Part shown: positions 1-12,500 of the stretch, piece after piece
How positions within the stretch are numbered: the first letter of the stretch is position 1
Layout: each line of letters starts with the position of its first letter
DNA from: Monocercomonoides exilis PA203
Taxonomy: Eukaryota; Protista; Preaxostyla
Assembly: GCA_001643675.2 (NCBI GenBank)
Contig: LSRY02000073.1
Span: 51,671 to 115,670 of the forward strand
Length of the DNA: 64,000 nucleotides
Direction of reading: 5' to 3'
Notes under the pieces: model-generated
Database searches by the model: none
What the model was told of the DNA's origin: nothing
What the model saw: the letters and a program-made list of their open reading frames with translations, nothing else
Program-made: the position numbers and the translations under genes

Positions 1-608
1 ACACATATAAAAAATTACGAATTGTTTTTGTGGAGCATTTATTTCACTATCAAAAGGATGGAACAAAAATAATTAACATGGACGAAACTTCGTGGAACAT
101 CGATTGCATCAGAAGATATGGCTGGGCCAAAAAGGGAGAAAAATTACTTGTGCCGCCTCCTCCAATCACTCAGTCTATAACAGGAATAACGTCAATATCA
201 CACGATGGGATGGACTTCACTGAGCTAATTCGAGGATCTGTCACTCATGAAATTTTTGAGTCATATTTGAAAAGGTTTTTAATGACTATAAAGGATGAAG
301 ATTCATCCGTCGTAGTGATGGATAATGCTTCTATTCACCATGTTCATGTGGATGAAATCATTCGAGAAGCTGGGCATTTTGCACTGTTCAATGCAGCATA
401 TTCACCGGAATTAAATCCGATAGAAAATATCTTTAGCATATGGAAGCAAAAGGCAGAAGGAAATTCTCTCAGATGGGAAGGTGAAGATCATTTTATAGCA
501 ACTCTATTGAAGGCTTTTAAAGAAATATCGTCTCGTGTTTTTAGAAGATCAATAATGTACGTCGAAAACGAAGTCTGGCCTCGAGTTCTCGAAAAAAAGG
601 ATTTATGA
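1..608 (+). CDS. Tc1/mariner-IS630 superfamily DDE transposase, C-terminal catalytic part (5' end outside window)
   Basis: Motifs NMDETSW, VVVMDNASIH and YSPELNPIE. The frame is open back to base 3 (TYKKLRIVFVEHL...). 33 residues separate the second D from the E. Confidence 0.9.
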   Translation, partial: TYKKLRIVFVEHLFHYQKDGTKIINMDETSWNIDCIRRYGWAKKGEKLLVPPPPITQSITGITSISHDGMDFTELIRGSVTHEIFESYLKRFLMTIKDEDSSVVVMDNASIHHVHVDEIIREAGHFALFNAAYSPELNPIENIFSIWKQKAEGNSLRWEGEDHFIATLLKAFKEISSRVFRRSIMYVENEVWPRVLEKKDL

Positions 609-1397
609 ACATTCATTTTTATTTTTTATTCATTTCGAATTGATTTTCTCGTTTTTCAATTTCACAATTTTTCAAACAGAAAGCAAAGAATAAGAAACTA
701 ATAGCTTGTTTTTTTTATTAAAAAATTGTTTGTTAAATGAATAAATCTGAAAATTGAAAAATCACACAGAGAATTTTTTATTCCAAAATACGGAGGTTGT
801 AATATTTCTATTGAAATACTCCAATACAAATGTTTCTTCAAAATAAATGCAGTTCGCAACTTCTTATTTTTCATAAACTGTGGAAATGATTGCAATTCGA
901 TGTTTAACTTTCAAATTTGAATAATGAAGTGAAAAAAATATAATGAAAATTGAAAAGACTTTTTAATTAATTCGTCATATTTGTTTTCAAAGAATAAACA
1001 CTATATTAGTTAAATCATAAATTGTTTGAACATATATTTTCAGTAGAATCATCAACAAACAAAAACAACAACAAACAAACACAGCTCTCAGGATTAATTA
1101 ACTTCTCCATTATCTTCATTAATTTCCGATTCATCTTCACGCTAAATGGAATAAATCTTTAAAAAATATTAATGCAGTAATGAAATCAAGCATAATCAAA
1201 CTTTTACACACTTTTACACTATCAATTGCATTGTTAAAAGTGAAAAACGCTGAAATGCAAGATGTTTATTCCTTTTTTCTTTCCATTTGTAAAGAAGATG
1301 TTTGAAAAATATTGAAATATGGTTGCAAAGTTCATTTCATATCATGGTATGATCAACTTTTTTTTCGGACAGATCAACTTTATTTCCGGTCAGACTG
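1..1397 (+). mobile_element. Right portion of a Tc1-like element ending ...CCGGTCAGACTG|TA
   Basis: The terminus reads CAGT on the minus strand and is followed by TA (1398-1399). Two subterminal direct repeats GATCAACTTT.TTT.CGG.CAGA lie at ~1351-1394. The left TIR is outside the window. Confidence 0.6.
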
Positions 1398-2439
1398 TAA
1401 TTATTTTCATGATGAAAAATGTTGTTATTTGTTTTGTTTGCTTTGGAAAAAGCAAACGGAATAAAAAGATTTTGTTTGTTATTGTTTTACTTATTCAACA
1501 ATAAAAGAAAAAAATAATTTTTCTTCGAAAAAATTGTTGTGGGATAAATATGAAATGTTCAAAGATAATAAAATTGTGCAAAAAAAAGATAATCGCAATA
1601 TTGTCAATTAAACATCTGCGTTACATACCTTCTGAAGTGAACATTTTTGGAGTGACATGACGAAACAGAAATAAATATTATTCACTCATTTAAATTAAAA
1701 ATTTTGAAATTAAAAATTGAAATGCAAAGAAAAATTGAAATATATTAGTGATTATCTTTGAAATCATAACTTTTTTCGGTGTAATGATTTCTCCAATATT
1801 GTTTGATATTGGGAAAAGATTTTGTATTCAAATGCTAAAATTATCACAACTGTTTCAAAAACAAATGCTTTCACTGCAATGAAAAAGAAGATATTTTGAA
1901 TAAACCTATTCATGTTTTTTTTGTGTTTTTATGTTGATGTATTAAATGAATACTTAAAAACGAAATTATTTGATTGAGATAATATGATTTCAAAAATAAT
2001 CACACATATTTTAATTTTATTAAATATAATTTTGTGTTTCAAAAAAAAAATTATTATTATTTTGTTATTGTTCATTTTCAATTCAATATAATGAACAATG
2101 GGTTGTATCGTGATCTTTTTTTGTGGTATAAATACAACGTCACAAACGTCACTGTCTGTCACTGACGTAATTAAAGTCAGGAAGTCGTTTTTTCAAATGT
2201 TTTTGTTTTTTTCAGGTTGAAAATATTCTTTAATACAGTTTTTAACTTCACAAAGTCATCCAATTATTGTTAGTAAATAATTTATATTTTTTTAATTTTT
2301 CTTTAGTATTTTTTCTAATTCTTTTTGATAAAAAAGCAGGTTTTTCACAAGGAGGTGGATCAAACTGACGAGATGCTTATTTAAACATAAACAATTATTG
2401 AATTTCACATACTGAGTGTCAGATACAAATATGTTTTCG

Positions 2440-3732
2440 GGTGAAATTGTGTGTGCTATTGTGTGAACGGTAAATGCGTTTTCCTTGTTCAGCGATGTGC
2501 AGATGGGCGACTGTACAGGACACAAAAAGCTGCGGCTGTGGCTGGGGCTGGGGACGCACAGGCAAAGCTTTGTGTGGAACTCGGGGCCTGCGGGAAGGGA
2601 AATGTTTGTGGAGTGCCTGAACATATGGCAGCAGGCGCGCGACTTGGAGTTCACACTGAAAAGCGAGCAGCATGAAGGAGCGAGCCGGAACGAGATCGGA
2701 GGATGCGACGAGCTTGTGGAATGTGTGGAGGAAAATGAGATGGATCTGTTTGAGGAAATCCGACTCCTGTGGGATAGGGAATTGCTTGCATCTTCAACGG
2801 CAGGAGGCAGGACATAGCAGCGGATGTGCTGGACGCAAGATGCGGAGGAGGAGCGTCTGCGCAACGAGTCGGAGAAGACACAGTATGTGGTGGGATATCT
2901 TCTGATATTTGGAGAAGAGAGTTGGATGCTGTGTTCGCAAAGGAAGAGGCTGCTTGTGATTGAGAAGTGCGATGTGAGGGGGAATGTTCAGAGCCAGAGC
3001 GAGCAGGATGTGATTTGGAAAAAAGTGCAAGTGTGGAGGGTGCTTGAGCAGTGTATCCACATTTCCATTCACTTATGCACGGGGCAGATAAGGAAGAACG
3101 TGTGACAACATGTCAGTTTAATAACATTGGAAAGATCACCTGGCTTCTAGGGAACAGGAGGATAGGCTCGGATGTGATAGAGGAGAACTGGGCAGAAGAG
3201 GAGGCGGTGCTCAGGCTGAGTGTTCGAGCGAGGATCTGACTGCGGAGTTGTGGGCAGGGGATGAAGGAGAATAATGAAGTACAGTGGACGTGCTTGATGA
3301 AGGAGGTGAGGGAAATGCGACAGCACGGATTGTTCTGAAGTGGAAAGGTGAAGTGGCACATTGGAGGCAGAGTCGGAGTTTGGAGCAGAGAAGGAAGTGT
3401 GTCGTGTGAAGGGGTGGGAGGATGAGTGGTGGATGATGGAGGAGATTCTTGCAGGAGAAAGAGGATGGGGAAGAGGGGAAAGCTCAGCAATAATTTTATC
3501 TGTGTTTGATGCATTGATTAAGCAGTGCCTGAGCATGGAGGAAGGAGAGCGGCCTTCGCTGAACGAGATCAAGTTGGAGCTCACGAACTCATTTGAGGTG
3601 TGGTCATTGAAGCTGAGCGGAGAGCAGGCACTTGAAAATTGCGAGGAAGAAAATGAAGAGGAGATTGAAGAAGAGAAGGAAAAAGAAGAAGAAGAGGAGG
3701 AGGAAGGAGAAAAAGAAAAAGAAGCAAGATAA
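2440..3732 (+). pseudogene. Fragmented protein-kinase-like gene (C-lobe remnant plus acidic tail)
   Basis: GC-richer island with broken ORFs. FDALIKQCLSMEEGERPSLNEIK resembles kinase subdomain XI (LI..CL...P..RP). Multiple stops and frameshifts. Confidence 0.5.
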
Positions 3733-4239
3733 AGATAAAGATAAAGAAAGATGAAGAAAATCAAAAAGTTTGAAACGAATCAATTCGATGGACACTAACT
3801 TTTTATTTGTTCATGGTCAAAACTCTCACAAAGGATCAGAGCAACAGTTATATGAAAACAACAAATAAAAATAATAAGAGACTTATATTGTCATGAACTT
3901 TTAATACAAATCAAATTGTTTTAAACCATTTGAATAACATAGTATTTTTATTCTTATTCATGGATAATAAATGTCTTATGTCAATTATTATTTAAAGACG
4001 ACATATCAAATGATTTTTTTGTTAAAATATTCAACTGAAAAATGAAAAGGAATAAATTGTCTCTTGCGAATTGCCAAAAAGCAATATTAAATCATGAAAA
4101 TTAAGTCTTTCGAAGAAAAAATTTGTTGAAAATGAAAAATCACTTTCATTTAAAGTTTTTAAAATAAGAATAAGAATAAAAATGAGACACTGAAAATATA
4201 GCTTTTAAAACATTTTAAACTGAATTGGAAAATTATGAT

Positions 4240-4479
4240 GTGTCAAAATTTTTTTGAAAAATTCCTTTTGTTTCATTTTCAAATAAAATAGAAATTACAT
4301 ATTTTCATCAAATTTCTATTCTCACTCACCAAAATTCGCTGTCATGAAAACAAAATCTGAACAATATTCTTATTTTCATTCTTGAAAAGTTTCGTGAGTG
4401 AGAACAGAAATATGATGAAAATATGGAATTTCTATTTTATTTGAAAATGAAACAAAAGGAATTTTTCAAAAAAATTTTG
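4240..4479. mobile_element. MITE-like foldback (~86-bp arms), related to the MITE at 23888
   Basis: 4244-4329 is a near-perfect reverse complement of 4394-4479. It shares TTTTTGAAAA...TGTTT.ATTTTCAAATAAA...CA.TCACCAAA with 23888-23985. Confidence 0.75.
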
Positions 4480-5624
4480 GTATGTTAATTTTCATAGAAT
4501 GATTTGACTTCAGTCAAAGTGTGAAATTGTTATTTAATTTTTAAATAATTAATTAAGGTTTATTGATTGTGAATTGAGTGGATATTTTTGTTAAAAAAAT
4601 ATTGAATTATTGGAAAAGGTTTTATCCTTTTCGAAGCATAATTTTTTCAAAAATTGTTTGTTTTTATCGAAAAAAAAAATAAAATAAAAATAAAAATAAA
4701 AAAAAGTGCTGGGCACTGACTGACCCGAGCCCACCTTCTTCAAAATGATGCAGATGTTTATTGTGAATAACTCTGGGTAACACATTGACTTCCAACGTGA
4801 ACTTCATGATTTTTGATTGACGTGACAAAAAAATCCACGTCACAAGAGTTATCCGAAAGATTTTTATATATGATTAATAATTTTTAAAAAATTTATCAAA
4901 AAGAGGTTTTTATCAATTTGCATATGTTATTTTTTTAAAAAGTGATTATTATATTTGAAATCATATTTCTTTTGTCAAAATTTTCGATTTGTTTATTTGT
5001 TTTGAATACTCACAAAAGAACACAAAAAAACTAAAGATCTATTTAATGACTCCTCTTCAATATTTTTCCAAGTCAAACAATAGCTTTTGAAACGATAAAT
5101 GAACATTTGAATTGGAAAGAAAATAATAAATCAAATGACAATGAATTATCATTAAAACAAACACCCCGAAAAAAGTTATTATCTAAAAAATTATCATCCA
5201 TGTTTTTATTGAGTTCAAACAATGTGAATTAATGATCAAAATTGTATTCTCCTGCGAAATATGAAAATAAGTGAGGAATTTTCAAAATAGAGAAATATTG
5301 ATTCAAAATAAATTAATTAATCCAGAAATTTTTATTTTTTGACTGTGAAAAGTGACATCACAAGTTATCACGAGCAGATACTCCCAAAAAATAGTTGTAA
5401 AAAATCATTCTCATATATCTGATCCTTTTTGAAATCATTCTTTCATTCCAGTTTGAACAAAAACTATATCTTAGTGAGATTTCGAAAATTTGAACTAAAA
5501 CTGTTAATACATATTGTTTATGACGTTATTGTTGTTAAAACAAATTTTGACAAAAATCCCATAGAGATTGAATTATTGATCAAAACTTGAATGAAAGAAT
5601 GGTTTCAAAAAAAATCAGCCATAT

Positions 5625-8600
5625 GGGTAATTATTTTTGGGATCGTAAAAAATTTCGATGTCATTGAAAATTTTATCTTTGCTATTTTTGCCTTTTTCTA
5701 ATTTTCAATTATATTGTTTTAATATCCATGAAATTTCTAACCGTGAGATTGTTAAAAATTCGGAAATTGTTCCATGTTTACAAAAACATCTTTGAAGGAA
5801 TACTTAATTCGTTATGGGACAGATCAACAGTTTTTCAATCTTTTCACTTCTCAACAGAGAAAATGAATCCACACAAGTTACGCAATTCTCTGTTCCTGTG
5901 CTCATCAGCCACGCTCACCATTGACAGATTCGAGTTTTGGAACAGCAGCAGCTTAAATGTTGAGTACAGGATCATTTACGTAACAAATGGGAAAGCTGAA
6001 TTGAATGGATGCAAAATGAAGGACTTTGTAATGGGAAATGCTGAGATTATTGCACTTGACGGAAACGATGCTGAGTGTTCAATTGAAGGAATGGAAATGT
6101 CAAAGCTGAGCAGAGAAGGAGAAGGATCACTGCCTTTGGTTGCGAGAGGGAAAATTTTGGAGGTTGAGAACAGCGGCATTGAGAATTCAACAATGCTCAA
6201 CAGCAGCCACATTACAATTAATCCACTTGCAAATGGTCTTCTGAAGAATGTGACATTTACAAATCAGAGCAGAACAAACAGTAATTGAGGAGTGATAATG
6301 GGCGAATTGTGTGCTGGCGAGGTGTTGAGTGTGGAGAACTGCTCATTTATTCGCTGTATTTGCTATTCTGGGAGAACGATTGGAGGGTGCGTGCTGATGG
6401 ATGTAAAAGAAAATGGCGCATTCCGATTCGAGAGAACCAAAGTGGAGTTCTGCATTGTGTCCAGCGGAGATGGATTTAGCAGAGGGCTGTTCCTCACATT
6501 CACCTCTTCACACGTCGATTACTCGATGAGGAACAACACGTTCGAGAACAAAAGCAATGATATTTTGAAGAAATGGAAAGTTCGAGCTGGTTGAAGGAAG
6601 TCGCTCAACCACCCTTTCATTTTCCAAGCTTTGCTTTGTGCTTCCATCGTCTCCCAATCCTTCACCTGAAATGAGTTCTCTTATTGAAGATAGCATTGGT
6701 CAATGCTCATTCTTAGATTGCACATTTGAACAAGGAAGCAGCAGTAATTCCAACCCTTCGAAATGGATTGTTTCAGGAGGTGGAGGAGTTGTTCACTTTG
6801 ACTCCTGCACTTTCAGCAATATTCCATTTCAGACAGCTGGGGTTGTTTTTATTGATGGAGCATCGCTTTTGTTGGAGGCCTGCAGCTTTTCTTCTATCTC
6901 TTCTGACGCACGAAAGGGTTTGATAACTGGAAGCGGGAATTGCGATATAACGCTGAAGGATACAGGATTTGCGAATTGCGAGACGACAAATGGACATGTG
7001 TTGGAGATGACTCGACCGAAGTCTGTTGAAATCTCAGGGGCATGCACATTCGAAGGATGCACTTCGACAGAAGGGGATGGAGAGGCTCTTTATTGTTTTC
7101 TGGAGAGAGAAGGATCTTTGACTATGAACAAAACATCAATTGTGTCTTGTGAAGTGAATCAGATTAATGGGAGAGGAGGCGGAATCTATCTCGATTTGAG
7201 GGAGAATGTCAATGTCTATTTATTTTCTGATTTAACATTCAGCGGAAATGAGGCGTTTGAAGGGAAAGACATGTTTGTGAGAAGCGCTGATTTGAACGCG
7301 TCAATCATTCCATCTCTGTTTGATTTCGAGTATTTTGGAGCAGACGGAGAGACAAAAGTCGATCTGAAAGGAAGAGATGAAACACATTTTATGAGCGCAT
7401 CTGCGGATCTGCTGTATTTTTTGGTGAAATATTCTTCATCGACAATAAGCGTTGGATCGGCTGGAATCGACTTTATCTGGTGTGAAAAGGCAGAAACACC
7501 TTGTCACTCGTTGTGGTGGGGCATCAACAACTTGCAAGCAATTGAAGACTCGCAGTCGTGCTTTGTTGAAATTCTGGATGAAGTGGCAATATGCGAGCGC
7601 TATGAATTTGTCCTTTCTCAGCTCAGCATTGGATTGCCTGCCGCAGCTGCTTCACCTGCATTTTCCGAACTGTCGATTTCTCAAACAACAGACGGCTCGA
7701 GCCAGTAGATTTTCAGCTCGAATAATTCGCTTTCGTTTTGTTCTGTGCAGTTCCATCTGCCTGCGTTCTTCTCAAATGGACAGTCTTCTGTTGTTTCATC
7801 GTCTGACGGATATCTCACCTTCAACTCAACCTCGTTCCATTCGGATGCCACTTCTGCGCTGGAATATGTTCTGCTGTCGAACAAAGGAGGAACAGCTGAG
7901 CTGCTGAATGTGTCTGTTTCTTCGTTAGTGTTTGCACGCTTCCCCTTCGCGCTTTCGTCTTATGTCACGCTCGAGGAGTGCTGCTTTCACAGCATTTGCT
8001 CTCCCACAGGCACAGATGGCGGTGCAATGTCTGTCTGTCTGGAGCGATCAGACCTGCTGCGCGTGAAGAGCTGCCGAGCTAAGCTGTGCAAATGCTCCAC
8101 AGGAAGAGGCATAGGAGGGTTTTTATATGCAGATTGCTCGAAATCGACAGCAACAGCACCACTACGATTTGAAGGTGAAATGGCGTTTGAGAGAAATGAT
8201 GCGCAGCTAGGCAAAAACATATTTATTGCATCTACTGAATTGATCTCGTCAGTCTCTTTGGCAATGTTTGCCTTCTCATTCGAGGCAATGAAGGGCGACA
8301 GCAACGCATTTGTGGGGATTGAAGGAGAAAGCGAAGAACTGGATTTATTCAGATATTTGGTTTCTTATTCCTCGGCTTCAATTTTTCTATCGGAAGACGG
8401 AGAGGATGCGATGAGACATGGAAGCACAGATGATCCATGCTGCTCGTTCTGGAAAGGGATGCAGCAGATCAGCAACGAGGCCTTGCCAAAGCTCATTTCC
8501 ATTACCAAATCCACTGAAGTTGCCAACACCTTCACTCTCTCCAACTTCACCATCTAATCAAACTCATTGGAAGAAGAAGAAAAACGGGAGTCGAAGCTTC

Positions 8601-8989
8601 TGTTTATAGAAAAGGCAGGAGAAGTATCTGAGCCGTTTTTGTATGAGAAGGCGAGCTTTCGTTGAAGCTTATAACACTTGTAATTGTATCATCCTTCAAC
8701 AATTCGGCAACAGCTTTGGTTCAGTGCGAGGATGGGGTGCTGAGTCTGGCGCAGTGTGTGTTTGGAACAGAAGCAGGGCTTGGTGGAATGCGGCAGAGCA
8801 GGTGCAGTTTTGTTGTCTGCTTGAAAGGGAAACTTTCACTTGTAGATGTGTCAGTGGAGTCGACCAGCATCGCGAAAAGCGCAATTATAATAGGCGCAGG
8901 TGTTTGTGAGCTCAAGAACTTCACATGCTCGTTTGTAAACATTTCAGATGGGAGCATCTTCGAGGTTATTGAAGATGATGAACAACAAA
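5625..8989 (+). repeat. Left giant TIR
   Basis: Reverse complement of 13383-16747. Identity ends after GATGATGAACAACAAA. Confidence 0.95.
5860..8989 (+). pseudogene. Captured, disrupted Cys-rich beta-helix (pectin-lyase/Pmp-like) surface protein gene, copy 1
   Basis: Consecutive ORFs 5728-6288, 6292-6594, 6638-7708, 7745-8557 and 8662-9006 carry GGG(I/A)Y, F..C and C....PC motifs like the intact 24957 gene. Broken by stops and frameshifts. Confidence 0.75.
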
Positions 8990-9566
8990 AGAGATACTTA
9001 TATTGAACGTAATGAAAACGTTTTATTTGAAAATTTTTGTTGATTTATTGTATTTTTTTGTGATATTTTCTTTTCATCTATACGTGCAAGAAAAAACAAA
9101 AATGCTTGTTTTCTATTTTGGAAAGAAGATTTATATGTAATTCTTCGTGGAGAACAATTTTCATCTTTTTAGAATCATCACATTTGTTAATTGCTACAAT
9201 TTCGAAACTTCGTGGAATTGGTTTTTTTATTCAATTTGTTCTGCCTCTTAAATGTGATGATCCATAAATTGTGTTTCATGATTGTGAAAATGTATTTCTT
9301 TTGCGTGAGAAGATTTTGAAATAACTTTCAAATTAATTTTTCAGAACATATTTTTCACTTTTGATATCTGCTAATTATCTGATAATATCTGTTTCATTTC
9401 AGTATGAAAACATATTCATATAAATATTGTTCACACTCCAATTCTTATAATTTTAACTCTTTGTGAAAGCAAAAGAGTGAATTATCCATTATTTTTTTTT
9501 CGTGCAACCATAAGTATTTATTTGCATATTTGTCAAACTGAATCGACTTTTCTTCATTAATATTTA

Positions 9567-12500
9567 ATGAAAATAACAACTTCTTTATCAACATTGTCAA
9601 CTCAAGCTAATAAGGCTTGGAAAATCATCAGGCAAATCGGTGCAAACAATTTGGATGAGCTGATTTCTTATCTTCTTTACAACTTTAAAATATTCAAACA
9701 CGCCATGCATGAAGTTAAAAAAATCAATCAACAGTGTGATATCTTTTTTGCTATGCATGCATAATAAGCATTTGTCAAATAATCATTGTTTCTTATTTGA
9801 ATGATAATACTTTTTTTAAATAAGTATACGATGTTGCTAACGGATCTGACACAGTTTATGGAAAAGCTCCACTGCATAGACAAACTATGATCTTTCAAGC
9901 TTATGTTCGTAATTTATCGATAAAAGAAATTATGAAATTCTGTTTCAACGTTACACAAGGAAAAGTGAGCCACGCATAGAGAGTGCTGGAAAAAAATCAT
10001 GGAATTGTTACATACGCTTTATCTCCGACTCTTCCCCGAAGCAAAAGAGGTTTTTTTATTAATTTTTTTCATTATTAAAAAATTATTAAACTTTTATTTT
10101 TAGGATTGAGACACAAAGAATGGGAATTAGGGAACAATTGGATGCTTTCCAATTCAAGTGAAGCATCAACTTCCATGCATTTAACGAGCAAACAAAAGAA
10201 AAAAGAATGTTTTGATAAGCATTTCAATGAAGAGGAGTGGGACAAAGACATTTGTATTAATGATCAAAACAGAGAAATGAACGAAAAAGAAAAAATGTTC
10301 AATCCCACAGATCTACAGCCTTATTGTTCTCCTTTGCTTTTCAGTTTTTCTTCAAGAGGAAAACAGTCTTTGTGTGAAAACTGCAAAGATACAACGTCCA
10401 ATTTTAATCAAATATCAAGTAACATGACTACATTGAAAGCTTCTGATAATCCAACACACTCAAAAGGAATGAAAAATTTAGGGAATACGTGTTGCTTATC
10501 TTCATTGTTACAATGCCTATCTGCTGCATTACCACATCGTGAAAACGAAATTACAAAAATGGAACAAAAGACTCAATTATCATCCAAAATATTACAAATT
10601 TGCTATGAAATTCAAAAAGTGAATGGATTCTCCTTCAGTTGGAACAATGAATTTGTAGATCAATGGGAACAATGTTGTTGTTATGAAGCAAGACAACCTC
10701 AAAACATTTCGGATGCCTATACGAAAATGACTAATATTTTACTATGAAATAGTTGTATTCAAAAAAGAGACTTCATTTTTCCCACATCGTATTCTTCTAA
10801 ATGTTGTTCATGTGGGGAGGAGTCAATTCAACAAAACGATGAAACATTTGTGAAAGTAATTTACAGTTTTTCTCCCTGCAAAGGTTTGAGAAAAGAATTC
10901 ACTACAGAAATGTTGGACGATTCAAACAGAATTTTTTTTGTTCAACCTGCAAAAAACATTCAAGTGTAATCCGAAACTTGTTTTGTAATTCATTTCCTTC
11001 AGTTATTGCACTGTCTCATGAAAAATGTTCAGATATCAGCAACACTCCAGAGCTTTCATTAATAATATTTTCTGATACCAAAATACACAAAAGTTCAGTT
11101 GTGTATCATCAGAGAGAAAAATTCTCAATTGAAAATGAGAATTGCGGAAGAGTTGTTAAATACGATCTTGTTGGAGTAATTTAACACAAACCATTGCAGA
11201 ATATTTCTGGACATTATGTGGCTCTTGTTCGTCGAACAAACAGTATGAACTCAACATAGCAATTATGTGACGACTTTGATATTGACAATTTCGAAGAGAA
11301 AAAACTAATTGAAAAATGGAAGTCATTATTAACAGATGGGTTTTAGCCATCTTTATCAATTTACAAGAAAAATAAAGTTGGAAATGAAACTTTGAAAATG
11401 ACTAAAGGAGGAGTTGACACTTCAATCACTCATGAAAATATTTCTGTGACTAATTCCAAGTCTTTCAAAGAAGCAGTTCTTGGGGCCATGCAAAGATCCT
11501 CACATTTTACAGAGAAAATGACTACACAAGAAAGAAGCTCTTCACTATCTCCTTCAATGGTTCAAAGATAAGAAGGTGTTCGAGTTTTCTCTCCATTTCA
11601 GAAAAGACTCATTTTCAAGCCAAAAAACCAACTTTGGAAAGAATTTATGGGACAAACGGGAATAGAAATGTCGTTGTCACAATTCTATAAAATGACTGTT
11701 CAATTTTGCAAAGCAAAGAGAAGAACTGACATGTGTAAATTATGCAACATGCTTGAACAAATCGAAAACAAGAGGAAAACTCTTAATCAAGGTGGAAAGC
11801 TTCAAAAAGACGAAGAAATTGCTCACAGGCTTTTGAAAAAACATCAGGTGTTTGCTCATTGGCAACGTGATCATTTCAATAACAGTTTATCTTCTTTAAA
11901 AGAAAGTGAGGTGATTTGTCTTTTTGATTTTAAAGAGAAGTGGAGGACACCGATAACAGCGACTCAGGTTCAAGATGATTTTTACAGCTATCGTCAAGTT
12001 TCTCACTTTGCAATAATCACTTTTCAGAAGAGAAATTGTGTTTTCAACAAAAAAATTTACAACTTTTTGTCTGATAATCCAAACAATGATCATACTTTCA
12101 TTATCAACTGTCTAACATCTGTGTTGTCCAGATCAGCTTACAAACATACAAAAATGTTTAAGTTTTTTTGTGATTCAGGAGCTCACAACAAAAACAAATT
12201 TGTTCTGAACTTTCTTCTCTCTCACAAAACAACTTTCTTCCGAAACTCAAAACGCGAAGTTAGCTTCTTTGCGGAACACCATGGCAAGAATCTTTGCGAT
12301 GGAGAGTTTGGAATGCTTGTCAATATTATTCGGAATCATTTATCAAACGAAAAACTTGAAAGTGCATCTGATTTAATCACATTTTTCCAAAAGAATGCAA
12401 ACTCATTTTCTTCTTCATCTTTGAAAAAATCACAATTGCACTTGTCATCAGATTCAATCGCTACTGAAAAAATGAAGAAGAATAACTCTTATAACACAAT

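Larger units (their letters stand above)
1398..5620. mobile_element. Old diverged foldback element (arms ~1400-2170 and ~4800-5620) enclosing a kinase-like pseudogene
   Basis: Patchy reverse-complement matches: ATAACTTTTTTCGGTGT (1766) vs ACACCCCGAAAAAAGTTAT (5161); AATATGATTTCAAA.ATAATCAC (1981) vs ~4942-4967; GTTTTTTTGTGTT (1915) vs ~5019-5031. The right end abuts ATAT at 5621. Confidence 0.45.

Noticed and set aside
9977-11571. Alternative genetic code (TAA/TAG = Gln, as in Streblomastix) explaining the in-frame stops
   Set aside because: The adjoining 397-aa ORF encodes its many Gln without any TAR, a TGA and a frameshift also break the gene, and host genes here end in TAA/TAG.
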